64,000 nt of DNA from Candidatus Kaiserbacteria bacterium. Its GTDB lineage: Bacteria > Patescibacteriota > Minisyncoccia > Phycocordibacterales > Phycocordibacteraceae. The position numbers were made by a program, and so were the translations under genes. Location of the stretch: NCBI GenBank assembly GCA_016182485.1, contig JACPGH010000005.1:64305-128304 (forward strand), written 5' to 3'. Under the pieces are notes generated by a model. It made no database searches and was not told where the DNA came from. It was given only the letters and a program-made list of their open reading frames with translations. Positions 1-8,760 of the stretch are shown one piece after another. Position 1 is the stretch's first letter, and every line of letters begins with the position of its first letter.

Positions 1-71
1 GAGTGCGGCCTTCTCCGCCTGCAATCTGTCTTTGAAACGCTCGGATTTCATCTTGATATGATACCAAATAT

Positions 72-1136
72 CTACTCCTCCCGAGAGGTTGCGAGCCGCT
101 CGAGTATTTCCGCGAAGGCCTCCGGATTGCGCGCGATTATGAGCGTGCTCTGATTCCAATATCCGTAGAGAATGATGCTTCTCCTCTCTGAGTCCCGATA
201 TATCCGTACGTCATGGTTCACTATATCCTCGTCCCGGAAACCGGCGGCAACCGCCGGGACTGGAACCGTAGAGGTAGCTGCTGTTGAGGATGCCGTCGCG
301 CTCGCCCCTGCGGCCCTATAGGGCGGATACAGGAGAGCGAGCGCGCTCGGCATGACCGTTTCCCAGCCGAGCATTCCCGAGAGCGTACTGCCGTAGGAAG
401 TAACCGAGAGGATGAAAAAAGGGCTTTGTTCTCCGCCGGCATTGATCACCCCCGCCATGCTGCCTAACGGCTGAATATTGCGCAAGAGAACTCCGGGAGC
501 TGAGACGTTGAGTTGCGAGAATACGTCTTCGGTCGTCGTCGCAGGAGCGAGATAGAGGAACCGAATGGTCCCCGGAGCGAGTCCGCGAGTAAGCGATTGC
601 TCGATAGCTTGCGTTAGCTTTGCGCCGGTTCCCGAGATCTCTTCGCGCTCATCCACGAATATGGGCGCCCGGACGCTCGGCGCAAGGATCACGGGGACGA
701 GCGTCGACTGGTATCGCAGAAATGCGACGGCCGCGCCAGTGCCGCCGGCGAGGATCAGGATGATCCCCGCGATGACGTAGAGTCGATTGCCGCGCCCGCT
801 AGAGGTGCTTGCCAAACGAACGACACGAGGCGCCGAGTCCTGCTCGGCGGCCAGCACCGTTGCCGGCGAGGCTCCTTCTTTTTGTACTTTGTCAGTGAAG
901 TCGCTGGCATAGGTCTCCAGAGGCGCGACGAGCGGCTCTGGTTTCGGCACGGCAGACGGAATTTTCGCAAGAGGCGGGAGGGGAACCGGAGGAACAAGCG
1001 GCTTTTCTTTCGGGGATTCCCTTGTCGACTGCAAGGGGCTCTCTAATGGAGCGAGTTCAGGGGTGCCCCCTTTCTGGAGCATTTCCATATCGCCCGCGAA
1101 CGTGCGAATGAATTTCTTCGGCAATGCCTTCTCCAT
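72..1136 (-). CDS. hypothetical membrane-anchored protein (Pro-rich N-terminus, single TM helix)
   Basis: Long ORF with a hydrophobic segment (LYVIAGIILILAGGTGAAVAF). No recognisable catalytic motif. Confidence 0.4.
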   Translation of the reverse strand: MEKALPKKFIRTFAGDMEMLQKGGTPELAPLESPLQSTRESPKEKPLVPPVPLPPLAKIPSAVPKPEPLVAPLETYASDFTDKVQKEGASPATVLAAEQDSAPRVVRLASTSSGRGNRLYVIAGIILILAGGTGAAVAFLRYQSTLVPVILAPSVRAPIFVDEREEISGTGAKLTQAIEQSLTRGLAPGTIRFLYLAPATTTEDVFSQLNVSAPGVLLRNIQPLGSMAGVINAGGEQSPFFILSVTSYGSTLSGMLGWETVMPSALALLYPPYRAAGASATASSTAATSTVPVPAVAAGFRDEDIVNHDVRIYRDSERRSIILYGYWNQSTLIIARNPEAFAEILERLATSREE

Positions 1137-1198
1137 CGCCTCTATAGTAACGCAGGAAATGCGCGCGAGTATGGATTATGCCCGCGCGCCGCGTCGTC

Positions 1199-1714
1199 TT
1201 AGCCGCGGGAAGAGATAGTGAAGCGACGCTGATCCTCGCACATGTCGGTGAAGGCGTGCGCCGCCTCCTTGAGCTTGCCGGAGGAGGACTTCCCGAACGC
1301 GATCACTTCCACCTGACAGCCTTCATGCAGATCAAGGTACTGGATGAGCGGAACAAAATCGCCGTCCCCGGTGACAAGCACCACCGTGTCGAGTTTGGGA
1401 GCGAGCTTCACTGCGTCGATCGCGAGCCCGACGTCCCAGTCGGCCTTCTTCGCCCCATCGGCGAACACTTGCAGGTCTTTTACTTTCGTCTCGATGCCCA
1501 TCTTCGTGAGCGCTTCGAAGAAATTCTTTTCTTCGCCGCTCTCCGTTTTTATGACATACGCGATCGCGCGCACGAGGATGCGGCCTCCGACCGCCTCTTC
1601 GAGGATGTTGGCAAAATTCACGCGGGCTTTATATAAGTGCTTGGCGCTGTGATAGAGATTCTGCGTGTCTATGAAAACGCCGACGCGCTGAGCTGGATGT
1701 TTGATTACGGCCAT
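1199..1714 (-). CDS. NYN-domain (LabA/DUF88-like, PIN-fold) protein
   Basis: VGVFIDTQNLY...VLVTGDGDFVPL pattern typical of NYN/LabA proteins. Confidence 0.65.
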   Translation of the reverse strand: MAVIKHPAQRVGVFIDTQNLYHSAKHLYKARVNFANILEEAVGGRILVRAIAYVIKTESGEEKNFFEALTKMGIETKVKDLQVFADGAKKADWDVGLAIDAVKLAPKLDTVVLVTGDGDFVPLIQYLDLHEGCQVEVIAFGKSSSGKLKEAAHAFTDMCEDQRRFTISSRG

Positions 1715-1727
1715 GAAATTAGTTGGT

Positions 1728-1822
1728 TAGGCGCTAGGCTCTAGGCGCTAGCAAAATACATTATTAAAAGTGCACCTTCTCATGCTAACACGCAGCTAGA
1801 GCCTAAAGCCTAGTGCCTGGGC
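1728..1822. repeat. two CTAG-rich heptamer tandem clusters (CTAGGCK)n
   Basis: ggcgctaggctctaggcgctagc at 1728-1752 and gctagagcctaaagcctagtgcctgg at 1794-1822. The same family recurs at seven more sites. Confidence 0.6.
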
Positions 1823-1828
1823 TTTGGC

Positions 1829-2095
1829 CTACTTTTTTAAATCCAGCTTCTTCACGAGCGCATTGTAACGGCGCTTATCGTGCGTCTCGAGATAACGCAG
1901 ATGCGTGCGGCGCGTGGCCACCATCTGCAGAAGCCCGCGGCGGGAATGGAAATCCTTGGGATTCTTCTTCAAATGCTTAGCGAGGTCGTCGATCTGCTTG
2001 GACAGAAGCGCTACCTGTACGTCCGGCGACCCGGTGTCCGCGTCGTGCCGGGCGGCATTTTTAATGATTGCCGCCTTTTTCTTGGTGGTAAGCAT
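1829..2095 (-). CDS. rpsO: 30S ribosomal protein S15
   Basis: 88 aa. GDTGSPEVQVALL...HSRRGLL signature of S15. Confidence 0.9.
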   Translation of the reverse strand: MLTTKKKAAIIKNAARHDADTGSPDVQVALLSKQIDDLAKHLKKNPKDFHSRRGLLQMVATRRTHLRYLETHDKRRYNALVKKLDLKK

Positions 2096-2195
2096 GGATA
2101 TCCGACTTTACCACGCCCAACGCTAAAACGCAAGTCCAGCTTTTTAGCTCGTATCACAGGATTAATGTGCGCACATAGCTTGTTATACTCTTCGC

Positions 2196-3134
2196 ATGAA
2201 TGCGGAGACGGCGAAGCGGCAGTTTCTGGAATATATCGAGATCGAGCGCGGGCGCGCCGTGAAAACCGTCGAGAATTATGACCGGTATCTCTCGCGCTTT
2301 TTTACGCAGATGAAAATAGGGGACGTACGCGATATCGATGAAAAGAGCGTGCGCGAATTTCGCCTGTGGCTCAACCGTCAACCCTCTTTCGCTAAAGCTA
2401 CGGAGGGCGCAGCCGGGACATTAAAAAAGCGGACCCAAAATTATTACATGATCGCGCTCCGCGCGTTCCTGAAGTTTCTGCGCAAGCGGGATATCGCGGC
2501 GATTTCTCCGGAAAAGATAGAGCTTGCTAAGCTGCCGGAGCGTCAACTCGATTTAATTACGCCGGCAGAGCTCGAGCGCCTCATGCGGGCGCCTTCTGAC
2601 GCGCTGGAAAAGGAAAAGGACCCGGACAAAATAACCCGATGCGCGCGCGACCGGGCAATTTTAGAGCTCCTCTTCTCTACCGGCCTGCGCGTCTCGGAGC
2701 TCTGCTCGCTCGACAGCGACCTGGATCTCTCGCGCGATGAGTTCTCCGTGCGGGGCAAAGGCGAGAAAGTGCGGGTCGTCTTTCTCTCCCCTGCCGCCAA
2801 AGAGGCCATTCGCGCTTATTTAAAGCTGCGCAAAGATATGGAAGAGGCGCTCTTCGTGGACGGCCGCCCCGAGAAACCGCACCGCATCACTCCGCGCGAC
2901 GTGCAAAGGCATTTGAAAAAATATGTCGTCCGGGCAGGCATTACGAATATTGTGACGCCCCACACCCTGCGTCACGCATTCGCCACCGATCTCTTGCGCA
3001 ATGGCGCCGACATCCGCTCGGTGCAACAGCTCCTCGGCCACGCTTCCATCAACACGACGCAGATCTACACGCATGTCACCGACGCGCATTTGCGCGAGAT
3101 ACATAAAAAATATCATTCGAAAAATCGCAAGTAA
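2196..3134 (+). CDS. tyrosine recombinase XerC/XerD family
   Basis: N-terminal SAM-like domain plus C-terminal HTLRHAFAT...LLGHASINTTQIYTHV catalytic region with R..HxxR..Y residues. Confidence 0.85.
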   Translation: MNAETAKRQFLEYIEIERGRAVKTVENYDRYLSRFFTQMKIGDVRDIDEKSVREFRLWLNRQPSFAKATEGAAGTLKKRTQNYYMIALRAFLKFLRKRDIAAISPEKIELAKLPERQLDLITPAELERLMRAPSDALEKEKDPDKITRCARDRAILELLFSTGLRVSELCSLDSDLDLSRDEFSVRGKGEKVRVVFLSPAAKEAIRAYLKLRKDMEEALFVDGRPEKPHRITPRDVQRHLKKYVVRAGITNIVTPHTLRHAFATDLLRNGADIRSVQQLLGHASINTTQIYTHVTDAHLREIHKKYHSKNRK

Positions 3135-3212
3135 CCATATCCAAGATAATCGACGGTCGTCCATTATTTTGGATATTCCTTTGTTTTAGTATTTTGCAAA
3201 ATACTAAAATGC

Positions 3213-3869
3213 TCACTTTTCTCGTACCAAGAAGTACTCCGCCTTTGGCGATTTTTCGTACATTTCAAGCAGACCCTTGATATCGCCGATCTGCGACTCG
3301 TGTTGCTTGAGCGCTTCGAGCTTTTTCTGCCAAGTGCCAGTGACGTTGGAAACGTATTTTATGTCCGATTTTTTGTACCCGGGCGGTACATAAATAAAAT
3401 ATTTCCATTTCCGGCGCTTGGGCGTTTCGAGCCTGCAAAATTGCAGAAGCTTTTTCACGAATGGTAGTCGCTCGAATACGTAGTTCGAGACCATCGCCAT
3501 CGTAATATGGTCGATGTGGCCCGAGACGCCGCGCGGCTCGTAGGTGAGAAGAGTATCCGGTTTTATTTTCTTTAAAATGCGTTCGATCTTCCGCGCAATG
3601 TCGTGGTATAGGTTATTCGAGAGCGCCCCGTCCTTAAATCCTAAGAAAAATACCTCTTTTACGCCGAGGATTTTCGCCGCTCGCTTAAGTTCCAGGGCGC
3701 GGATATTCCCGAGCGCTTTTGCGCCCCTCTTTCCCCTATATTCGCCCGCCTCCCCCTTCGTCGCGCATATAAGATAGACGTCGCGCTCCTGCGCGAACTT
3801 CGCGATAGTCCCGCCTGGCCCGAAGGCCTCGTCATCCGGATGCGCGAATATGCAAACCAATGGCTTCAT
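3213..3869 (-). CDS. PIG-L/LmbE family deacetylase
   Basis: MKPLVCIFAHPDDEAFGPGGT motif. The track ORF extends upstream, but the start at M98 (3869) fits the family. Confidence 0.7.
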   Translation of the reverse strand: MKPLVCIFAHPDDEAFGPGGTIAKFAQERDVYLICATKGEAGEYRGKRGAKALGNIRALELKRAAKILGVKEVFFLGFKDGALSNNLYHDIARKIERILKKIKPDTLLTYEPRGVSGHIDHITMAMVSNYVFERLPFVKKLLQFCRLETPKRRKWKYFIYVPPGYKKSDIKYVSNVTGTWQKKLEALKQHESQIGDIKGLLEMYEKSPKAEYFLVREK

Positions 3870-3910
3870 GTTGAGACTATACACCTGCGACAAAGATGTA
3901 GAATACCCGC

Positions 3911-4705
3911 ATGAAACTCGCGTCGTGGAATGTGAACGGCCTGCGGTCGCTTGCGCCGCAGCAAAATCTTTTTGCGAAGCAGACGCCGAATTACTGGGAA
4001 ATTTTCCTTCAAGCAGTAAGGCCTGACATCTTCTGTTTGCAAGAGGTGAAAGCGAGCCCGGAACAAATTCCGGAAGCGATGCGCTCCCCTGCCGGATACT
4101 CCTCATTTTTCTCCGCTTGCCGCACGCGCAAGGGCTATAGCGGCGTCGCGCTTTATACAAAGGTTAAACCTTTGTCAGTTGTATATGATCTCGGCATCCC
4201 GGAATTTGACGAGGAGGGCCGCTTTATCGGCGCCGAATACGAAGATTTCTGGCTCCTGAATGTCTATTTCCCGAACGGCGGCCGCGGCCCAGAACGGCTC
4301 GACTATAAATTGCGTTTCTATGACGCCTTTCTTCTCTTTGCCGAAAAATTGCGTAAAAATAAACCGGTCATATTTTGCGGAGACATAAATACAGCCCACG
4401 AAGAGATCGATTTGGCGCGGCCGAAAGAAAATGAACGCAATACAGGCTTTTTGCCCGAAGAGCGCGCGTGGCTCGACGAGGTTGTGGCCGCCGGTTATGT
4501 GGACTCGTTCCGCCATTTCCATCCGCATACGCGGGATGCCTACTCCTTCTGGGATTCCTACACGTATGCCCGCGAACGCAATGTCGGCTGGCGCATCGAC
4601 TACTTCTTCGTCGCGCGCGAATTTATGCCGCGCGTCCAGAAGGCCGAAATCCACTCCCAAATCTTCGGCTCCGACCACTGCCCTGTTTCTATTGTTCTTT
4701 CGTAA
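3911..4705 (+). CDS. xth: exodeoxyribonuclease III (AP endonuclease)
   Basis: SWNVNGLR...CLQEVK...GSDHCPV motifs of the ExoIII/APE family. Confidence 0.85.
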   Translation: MKLASWNVNGLRSLAPQQNLFAKQTPNYWEIFLQAVRPDIFCLQEVKASPEQIPEAMRSPAGYSSFFSACRTRKGYSGVALYTKVKPLSVVYDLGIPEFDEEGRFIGAEYEDFWLLNVYFPNGGRGPERLDYKLRFYDAFLLFAEKLRKNKPVIFCGDINTAHEEIDLARPKENERNTGFLPEERAWLDEVVAAGYVDSFRHFHPHTRDAYSFWDSYTYARERNVGWRIDYFFVAREFMPRVQKAEIHSQIFGSDHCPVSIVLS

Positions 4706-4749
4706 AATCGCTCTTCTGAACCTCGAATTCGTTTCGAAACTCGGAACAG

Positions 4750-4788
4750 CGGGCGAAGTGATGGGCACGACGTGTCCATCACTTCGCC
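4750..4788. repeat. long perfect hairpin (partial repeat A plus palindrome B) between convergent xth and the XRE gene
   Basis: gggcgaagtgatgggcacgacgtgtccatcacttcgccc, about a 19 bp stem. Likely a bidirectional terminator or repeat element. Confidence 0.55.
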
Positions 4789-4799
4789 CAGTCAGCACT

Positions 4800-5192
4800 T
4801 CAGGAAGCATCGAAAGCCTTGATAGTCCTGATCACCCTCTCTCGAGCTTCCGCAGACAACTTCAACAAGAGATTGATCACCTCGGCTTCATTCACGCTTC
4901 TCGTCAGGGAAGGTCTGGATATACCTCTACTCTGGTTCAGACGATGTTCTTTCTCCCCGTTTAGCAGCATAACCTCGAGCTCCGCACTCTGTTTCGGGGA
5001 GAGTCGGTAGCCCCGTGTCAGGGCCGCAAGCTTTCTGTGCGTGGGGCGGTATTTCCCAGACTCTATTTGCGAGAGGCTCACGCGGTTCCGGATGCCGCCT
5101 TTTACTGAAGACATCCGTTCCAGCACCTCAGCTTGGGTCATCTGGTTTGCTTCTCGGATCTGTCTCAGGTGCGTGCCGATCTCATTCATCAA
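4800..5192 (-). CDS. XRE-family HTH transcriptional regulator
   Basis: HTH_XRE-like N-terminus (LRQIREANQMTQAEVLERM...LSQIESGK). Confidence 0.6.
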   Translation of the reverse strand: MMNEIGTHLRQIREANQMTQAEVLERMSSVKGGIRNRVSLSQIESGKYRPTHRKLAALTRGYRLSPKQSAELEVMLLNGEKEHRLNQSRGISRPSLTRSVNEAEVINLLLKLSAEARERVIRTIKAFDAS

Positions 5193-5246
5193 GATGCCTT
5201 CCTCCTCTACTCACAAGGTTCGCAAGGTCCCTTCCCGGTCTGTAAA

Positions 5247-5272
5247 GTGATGGACACGACGTGGTCCATCAC
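5247..5272. promoter_or_regulatory. palindrome B copy (GTGATGGACACGACGTGGTCCATCAC) ~55 bp upstream of the XRE gene start; candidate operator
   Basis: Inverted 11-mer half-sites. The same palindrome occurs at 4762-4786 and 31441-31464. Confidence 0.4.
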
Positions 5273-5418
5273 TCCTCAAAGTAACTAACAAATATATATG
5301 TATATATTTCCGACATCGTTCTCCTATCAGATATACATATAAAGATTAAATATAGCGTGCTATGCACTAACAAAAATATACTGTTGTCAGAATTTCCGAC
5401 ATATGATACTTTGACGAC

Positions 5419-6189
5419 ATGCTGGAGGAAGGACTGGCCAAAGCTGGCTTAAATGCCAAAGAAGCGGCGATTTATCTCGCCGCGCTTGAGTCGGGCCCCT
5501 CGAGCATTCTGCAACTCAGCCGGAAGACGGGTATCAAGCGGCCGACGATATACGAAATGATGCCCTCATTGCTCCGCTCCGGCGTCATAGCGCAAACAGC
5601 CAAGGGGAAGCGCAAGCAATTCGTGGCTGAGCCGCCCGAGAAGCTCTTTGAGGCCAAAAGGCAGGAGCTGAATTCCCTTCGCGAGCTCCTCCCTACTCTC
5701 GAAGCGTTCCGCAATGCGTCTATCGAAAAGCCGGATATTAAGTGGTTTCAGGGTATTGAAAACATCCAAGAAATTTTGTGGGACATGGTGAGCAACACGA
5801 GCGTGAAAGAGCAGCTGCTCGCAATTGAGGGCCAGTTCAACTCTATCTACCAAAAGCTTGGGGACGAATTCTTCCAGAAACTCTTGAGGGAGAAAGCCCG
5901 CCGTAATCTCGAATCGCTCACAATTTCGACCATGAGTCCGCAGGAGCTGGAGAAAACGGTCCGGGACGCTCCCTGGAGCGTCGGCCACCAGATCGAAGTC
6001 CGCCTTATCGAAGATGCGAATAATGACTTCAAACTCAATTTCTTCATATATCAGGATAAAGTAACGATAATTTCTGCCTTGCAGGAGGTAGCGCTAGTGA
6101 TTGAAAACAAGATCCTGTTCAACAGCCTCAAACTTCTCTTTATGACCCTCTGGAAAACAGCGCGAGAAACTCCCTATCGAATCTCGTAA
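5419..6189 (+). CDS. TrmB-like HTH transcriptional regulator (paralog 1)
   Basis: N-terminal wHTH (AAIYLAALESGPSSILQLSRKTGIKRPTIYEMM). Conserved C-terminal LFMTLWKTARE tail shared with five other ORFs here. Confidence 0.6.
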   Translation: MLEEGLAKAGLNAKEAAIYLAALESGPSSILQLSRKTGIKRPTIYEMMPSLLRSGVIAQTAKGKRKQFVAEPPEKLFEAKRQELNSLRELLPTLEAFRNASIEKPDIKWFQGIENIQEILWDMVSNTSVKEQLLAIEGQFNSIYQKLGDEFFQKLLREKARRNLESLTISTMSPQELEKTVRDAPWSVGHQIEVRLIEDANNDFKLNFFIYQDKVTIISALQEVALVIENKILFNSLKLLFMTLWKTARETPYRIS

Positions 6190-6196
6190 TTCGCGG

Positions 6197-6237
6197 CCCG
6201 ACCACTGCCCCGTTTCGATTGCTCTCTCATAAAACAA
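6197..6237. repeat. imperfect direct repeat of the xth 3' end (matches 4670-4710)
   Basis: ccgaccactgccccgtttcgattgctctctcataaaa vs ccgaccactgccctgtttctattgttctttcgtaaaa, about 36/41 identical. Confidence 0.6.
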
Positions 6238-6406
6238 AACCGCCGGATGTTATCCGACGGTTCAATGCGCAGAGCAGGGTTACAACTGTGGGGTAAGGCT
6301 CCCCTAAATACTCACCTGCTTTCTGGGCGCTGCGCCGCCCCGGTGACGCTCCATATGCCTCAAGCTCTCCGCCTTATTATTGAGGCACACCCGCCACCCG
6401 GCTGAA

Positions 6407-6625
6407 TCAGATCTTTTCGACAATCACAGTCGTCACGTAATAGACGTGACGCGCGATTCCTTGCATCATGCTGCGCTCGGTGCGATAGTCCCACGTTCCG
6501 TGGAGCGCCAAGCTCGTAGTCGCAGACACAATCCGCCAGCTGCTGCCAAGCTCCCGAAGACGCTTCTCAAGCTCTTCCTCAGGCGAATCGTTACGCGAAC
6601 CCACGATGATTACTTTCTGTTCCAT
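6407..6625 (-). CDS. hypothetical small protein
   Basis: ORF only (MEQKVIIVGSRND...). No confident family. Confidence 0.3.
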   Translation of the reverse strand: MEQKVIIVGSRNDSPEEELEKRLRELGSSWRIVSATTSLALHGTWDYRTERSMMQGIARHVYYVTTVIVEKI

Positions 6626-6638
6626 GTATGCCTCCTTT

Positions 6639-6800
6639 CTATTCGTAATCTTCATCGTGAGGAACGGGATCCGCTATCCTTTGGGAGGCAAATGGAAATT
6701 CCTTGCACTTTCGGCAATACAGATCTTTACAGTCATACTGGTTAATTGCGAAAGTGAGGCCACCGCCGCAATGTGGGCAACAAGCATCTCCTCGTCCCAT
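6639..6800 (-). CDS. hypothetical zinc-ribbon protein (CxxC...CxxC)
   Basis: MGRGDACCPHCGG...CRKCKE. The track ORF's N-terminal extension overlaps the repeat A copy, so the internal start is preferred. Confidence 0.3.
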   Translation of the reverse strand: MGRGDACCPHCGGGLTFAINQYDCKDLYCRKCKEFPFASQRIADPVPHDEDYE

Positions 6801-6869
6801 TAGACTCTCCTTATCCTGCCTCCCCTTTCGGATGAGGACTTTCGGCCAAAGAACATGAGCGAACATCTT

Positions 6870-6919
6870 CGCTCTTCTGAAAATCCAATTCGCATCAGAT
6901 TTTCGGAACAGCGGGCGAA
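6870..6919. repeat. repeat A copy (reverse orientation)
   Basis: Exact reverse complement of 21684-21733 (ttcgcccgctgttccgaaaatctgatgcgaattggattttcagaagagcg). Confidence 0.7.
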
Positions 6920-6922
6920 TTC

Positions 6923-7240
6923 TCATTCGCCCTTGCCTCCTTTCTCAAGTAGCGCTCTAACAACCTTGACGACCTCTTCAACCGGGTGGCACTCCAGAAA
7001 GTCGCGATACCCGGCGCTGATGAGTGGACCACGCCCTTTCCCATTGAGTTCGGCATTGACGTCAGAAATGTCGATCCCGATGAGTTGGAAGGCGCGCACC
7101 ACAGCCTCCGCATTCTCATATACGGCTCCGCAGTACTCGATTTCCCCTTTGAAGGAACTGACTGAACATCCCGTGCATCCTTGAACGGCATAGCCGAAGG
7201 CGAGGCGCAGAACAAAGAGTTTCTCCTCGATACTAAACAT
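6923..7240 (-). CDS. hypothetical protein
   Basis: ORF only. Confidence 0.3.
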   Translation of the reverse strand: MFSIEEKLFVLRLAFGYAVQGCTGCSVSSFKGEIEYCGAVYENAEAVVRAFQLIGIDISDVNAELNGKGRGPLISAGYRDFLECHPVEEVVKVVRALLEKGGKGE

Positions 7241-7418
7241 AGTGCCATTCTCCCAGTTCCTGCCTGCCCTTTCGGGTCAGGGCTTATGGGTTCAATGTTC
7301 AACGTCTCTGGCACCACAATAGCAGGCGCAACACCTTTTGTCAATATTGGTTATGACACAATTAAATGTCATTGGTGTTTGCATTACATAGGTATTTTGA
7401 TACGCTGTCATATATCCT

Positions 7419-8192
7419 ATGACAGGCAGATCCGTGACAGAAGAACAGCCATTGATTAACCGCCTTGCGGAATGGGGGCTGACGCGGGCGGAGGCCGAAG
7501 TGTATGTCTATTTGCTCCAGCGGCCGACCGAGAGCGGCGGGTCGAAGATCGCCGTGGGGACCGGCCTACACCGGCAGTATGTCTATATCGCCCTAGAGAA
7601 GCTCCTTGCTGCAGGCCTCGTTGAGGCAATTCCATTCGGCAAGCATAAAAAGTACAGAGCCCGCTCCCCGCTCGAGATCGAGAAGATCACGCGCAAGAGG
7701 AGTGTGGCGGCAAGCGACCTGGTGCACGAATTGAATAAGATAAGCGCCATTCATAGCGAACAGGACTTCGAAGTGCTGCAGGGCGCAAATCAAATCCAGC
7801 AATATGAGATGGACTATGTCTATGGATGTACGGAGGGAGAAGAGGAGCTCATTATCGGCGGGCATTCCAAAGGTTTTTTCGACCTAATGGGCGATGGTCT
7901 AGAGGAATATATAGAGGAGAAAGAGCGTAAAGGCATAAAAGTACAATATATTGGCAGCTTGAGCGAGAAGCCGCTCTACGAGCTAAACATTAGCTCGTAC
8001 GGAAATCAGAATTATCGCTATTTAGAGGGGATGCACGAAGGAGTAACGCACTTGGTGATCCGGAAAGATTCAGTTTCCTTTTGGAGTTTTCTCACTCCCC
8101 CGCTGGTCTATGTGATCAAGTCTGCGACTGTGGCAGATGACTACCGGAAATTTTTCCAGCTGCTTTGGGATATCGCCGGCAAACAGGGCTAA
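7419..8192 (+). CDS. TrmB-like HTH transcriptional regulator (paralog 2)
   Basis: wHTH (AEVYVYLLQRPTESGGSKIAVGTGLHRQYVYIALEKL) plus family C-terminal tail (FFQLLWDIAGKQG). Confidence 0.6.
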   Translation: MTGRSVTEEQPLINRLAEWGLTRAEAEVYVYLLQRPTESGGSKIAVGTGLHRQYVYIALEKLLAAGLVEAIPFGKHKKYRARSPLEIEKITRKRSVAASDLVHELNKISAIHSEQDFEVLQGANQIQQYEMDYVYGCTEGEEELIIGGHSKGFFDLMGDGLEEYIEEKERKGIKVQYIGSLSEKPLYELNISSYGNQNYRYLEGMHEGVTHLVIRKDSVSFWSFLTPPLVYVIKSATVADDYRKFFQLLWDIAGKQG

Positions 8193-8249
8193 AGGACATC
8201 CTTCAACCCGCTCGGGATGAGTTTTCCACAGGGATGTCCTTTACAATGT

Positions 8250-8560
8250 CTTTTATCATTCTAAACTTGGCTAAGGAGGAGGCGGTGTGCGGCTAGGCTC
8301 AGGACCGGCTCCATTGGATGTTCTTTAGGAGTTCTTTTAACATCAGACGCTCTGTGAGTAACCTGCCTGCGCCAGCGGCGATCCGCTAACACTACCGGGC
8401 ACGGGACCCGAACGGAAGCGCAATAGTGCTTTTGACAAAAGCCACCCACCATTTCTCCGACTGAGGCACCATCATTTACGCCCCGCTCCTTTTACGCCGC
8501 AGTCACCCGCTGGGTGGCTTTGTTGTTTACTCTGAGCTTTAGTGAAGGAAGCGAACTGGC
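8250..8560. ncRNA. candidate structured ncRNA (unidentified; weak SRP-RNA-like GGAAGC motif)
   Basis: About 350 nt with no credible ORF between a terminator-like hairpin at 8196-8252 and the palindromic repeats. Hairpins include gccacccacc...gggtggc. No family confirmed. Confidence 0.2.
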
Positions 8561-8610
8561 CTTCCTATTTAAACTAAGAATGTTTCGCGTGAACCATATA
8601 TGCGTCCAAG

Positions 8611-8721
8611 TTGTGAAGGTCTGACCTTCACAACTTAATGAAAGCAAATTACATTCGATATATTCGCATGATTTACAAGATATATCGGACTGTGAAGGTC
8701 TGACCTTCACAAGTTAATGAA
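8611..8721. repeat. two direct copies of a 23 bp palindrome, TTGTGAAGGTCTGACCTTCACAA(C/G)TTAATGAA, about 80 bp apart
   Basis: Copies at 8611-8642 and 8690-8721, downstream of cca. Confidence 0.65.
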
Positions 8722-8760
8722 GTTGCTTTTAACTCCCATTATCTATTGAAATCAATCGAT

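Noticed and set aside
1-51. Possible 5' end of a minus-strand gene running off the window edge (MKSERFKDRLQAEKAAL...)
   Set aside because: Only 17 codons visible, no clear SD at proper spacing. Cannot be supported.
8250-8560. RNase P RNA or SRP RNA assignment for this segment
   Set aside because: Only partial matches: GGACCGGCTCCAT vs the P4 AGTCCGGGCTCCAT, and a GGAAGC helix-8-like motif. The order and partner strands do not fit either consensus by eye, so it is kept only as an unidentified ncRNA candidate.
8611-8721. Possible CRISPR array (repeated palindrome)
   Set aside because: Only two repeat copies with an 80 bp unequal spacer and no further units. No cas genes nearby. Better described as a tandem palindromic repeat.
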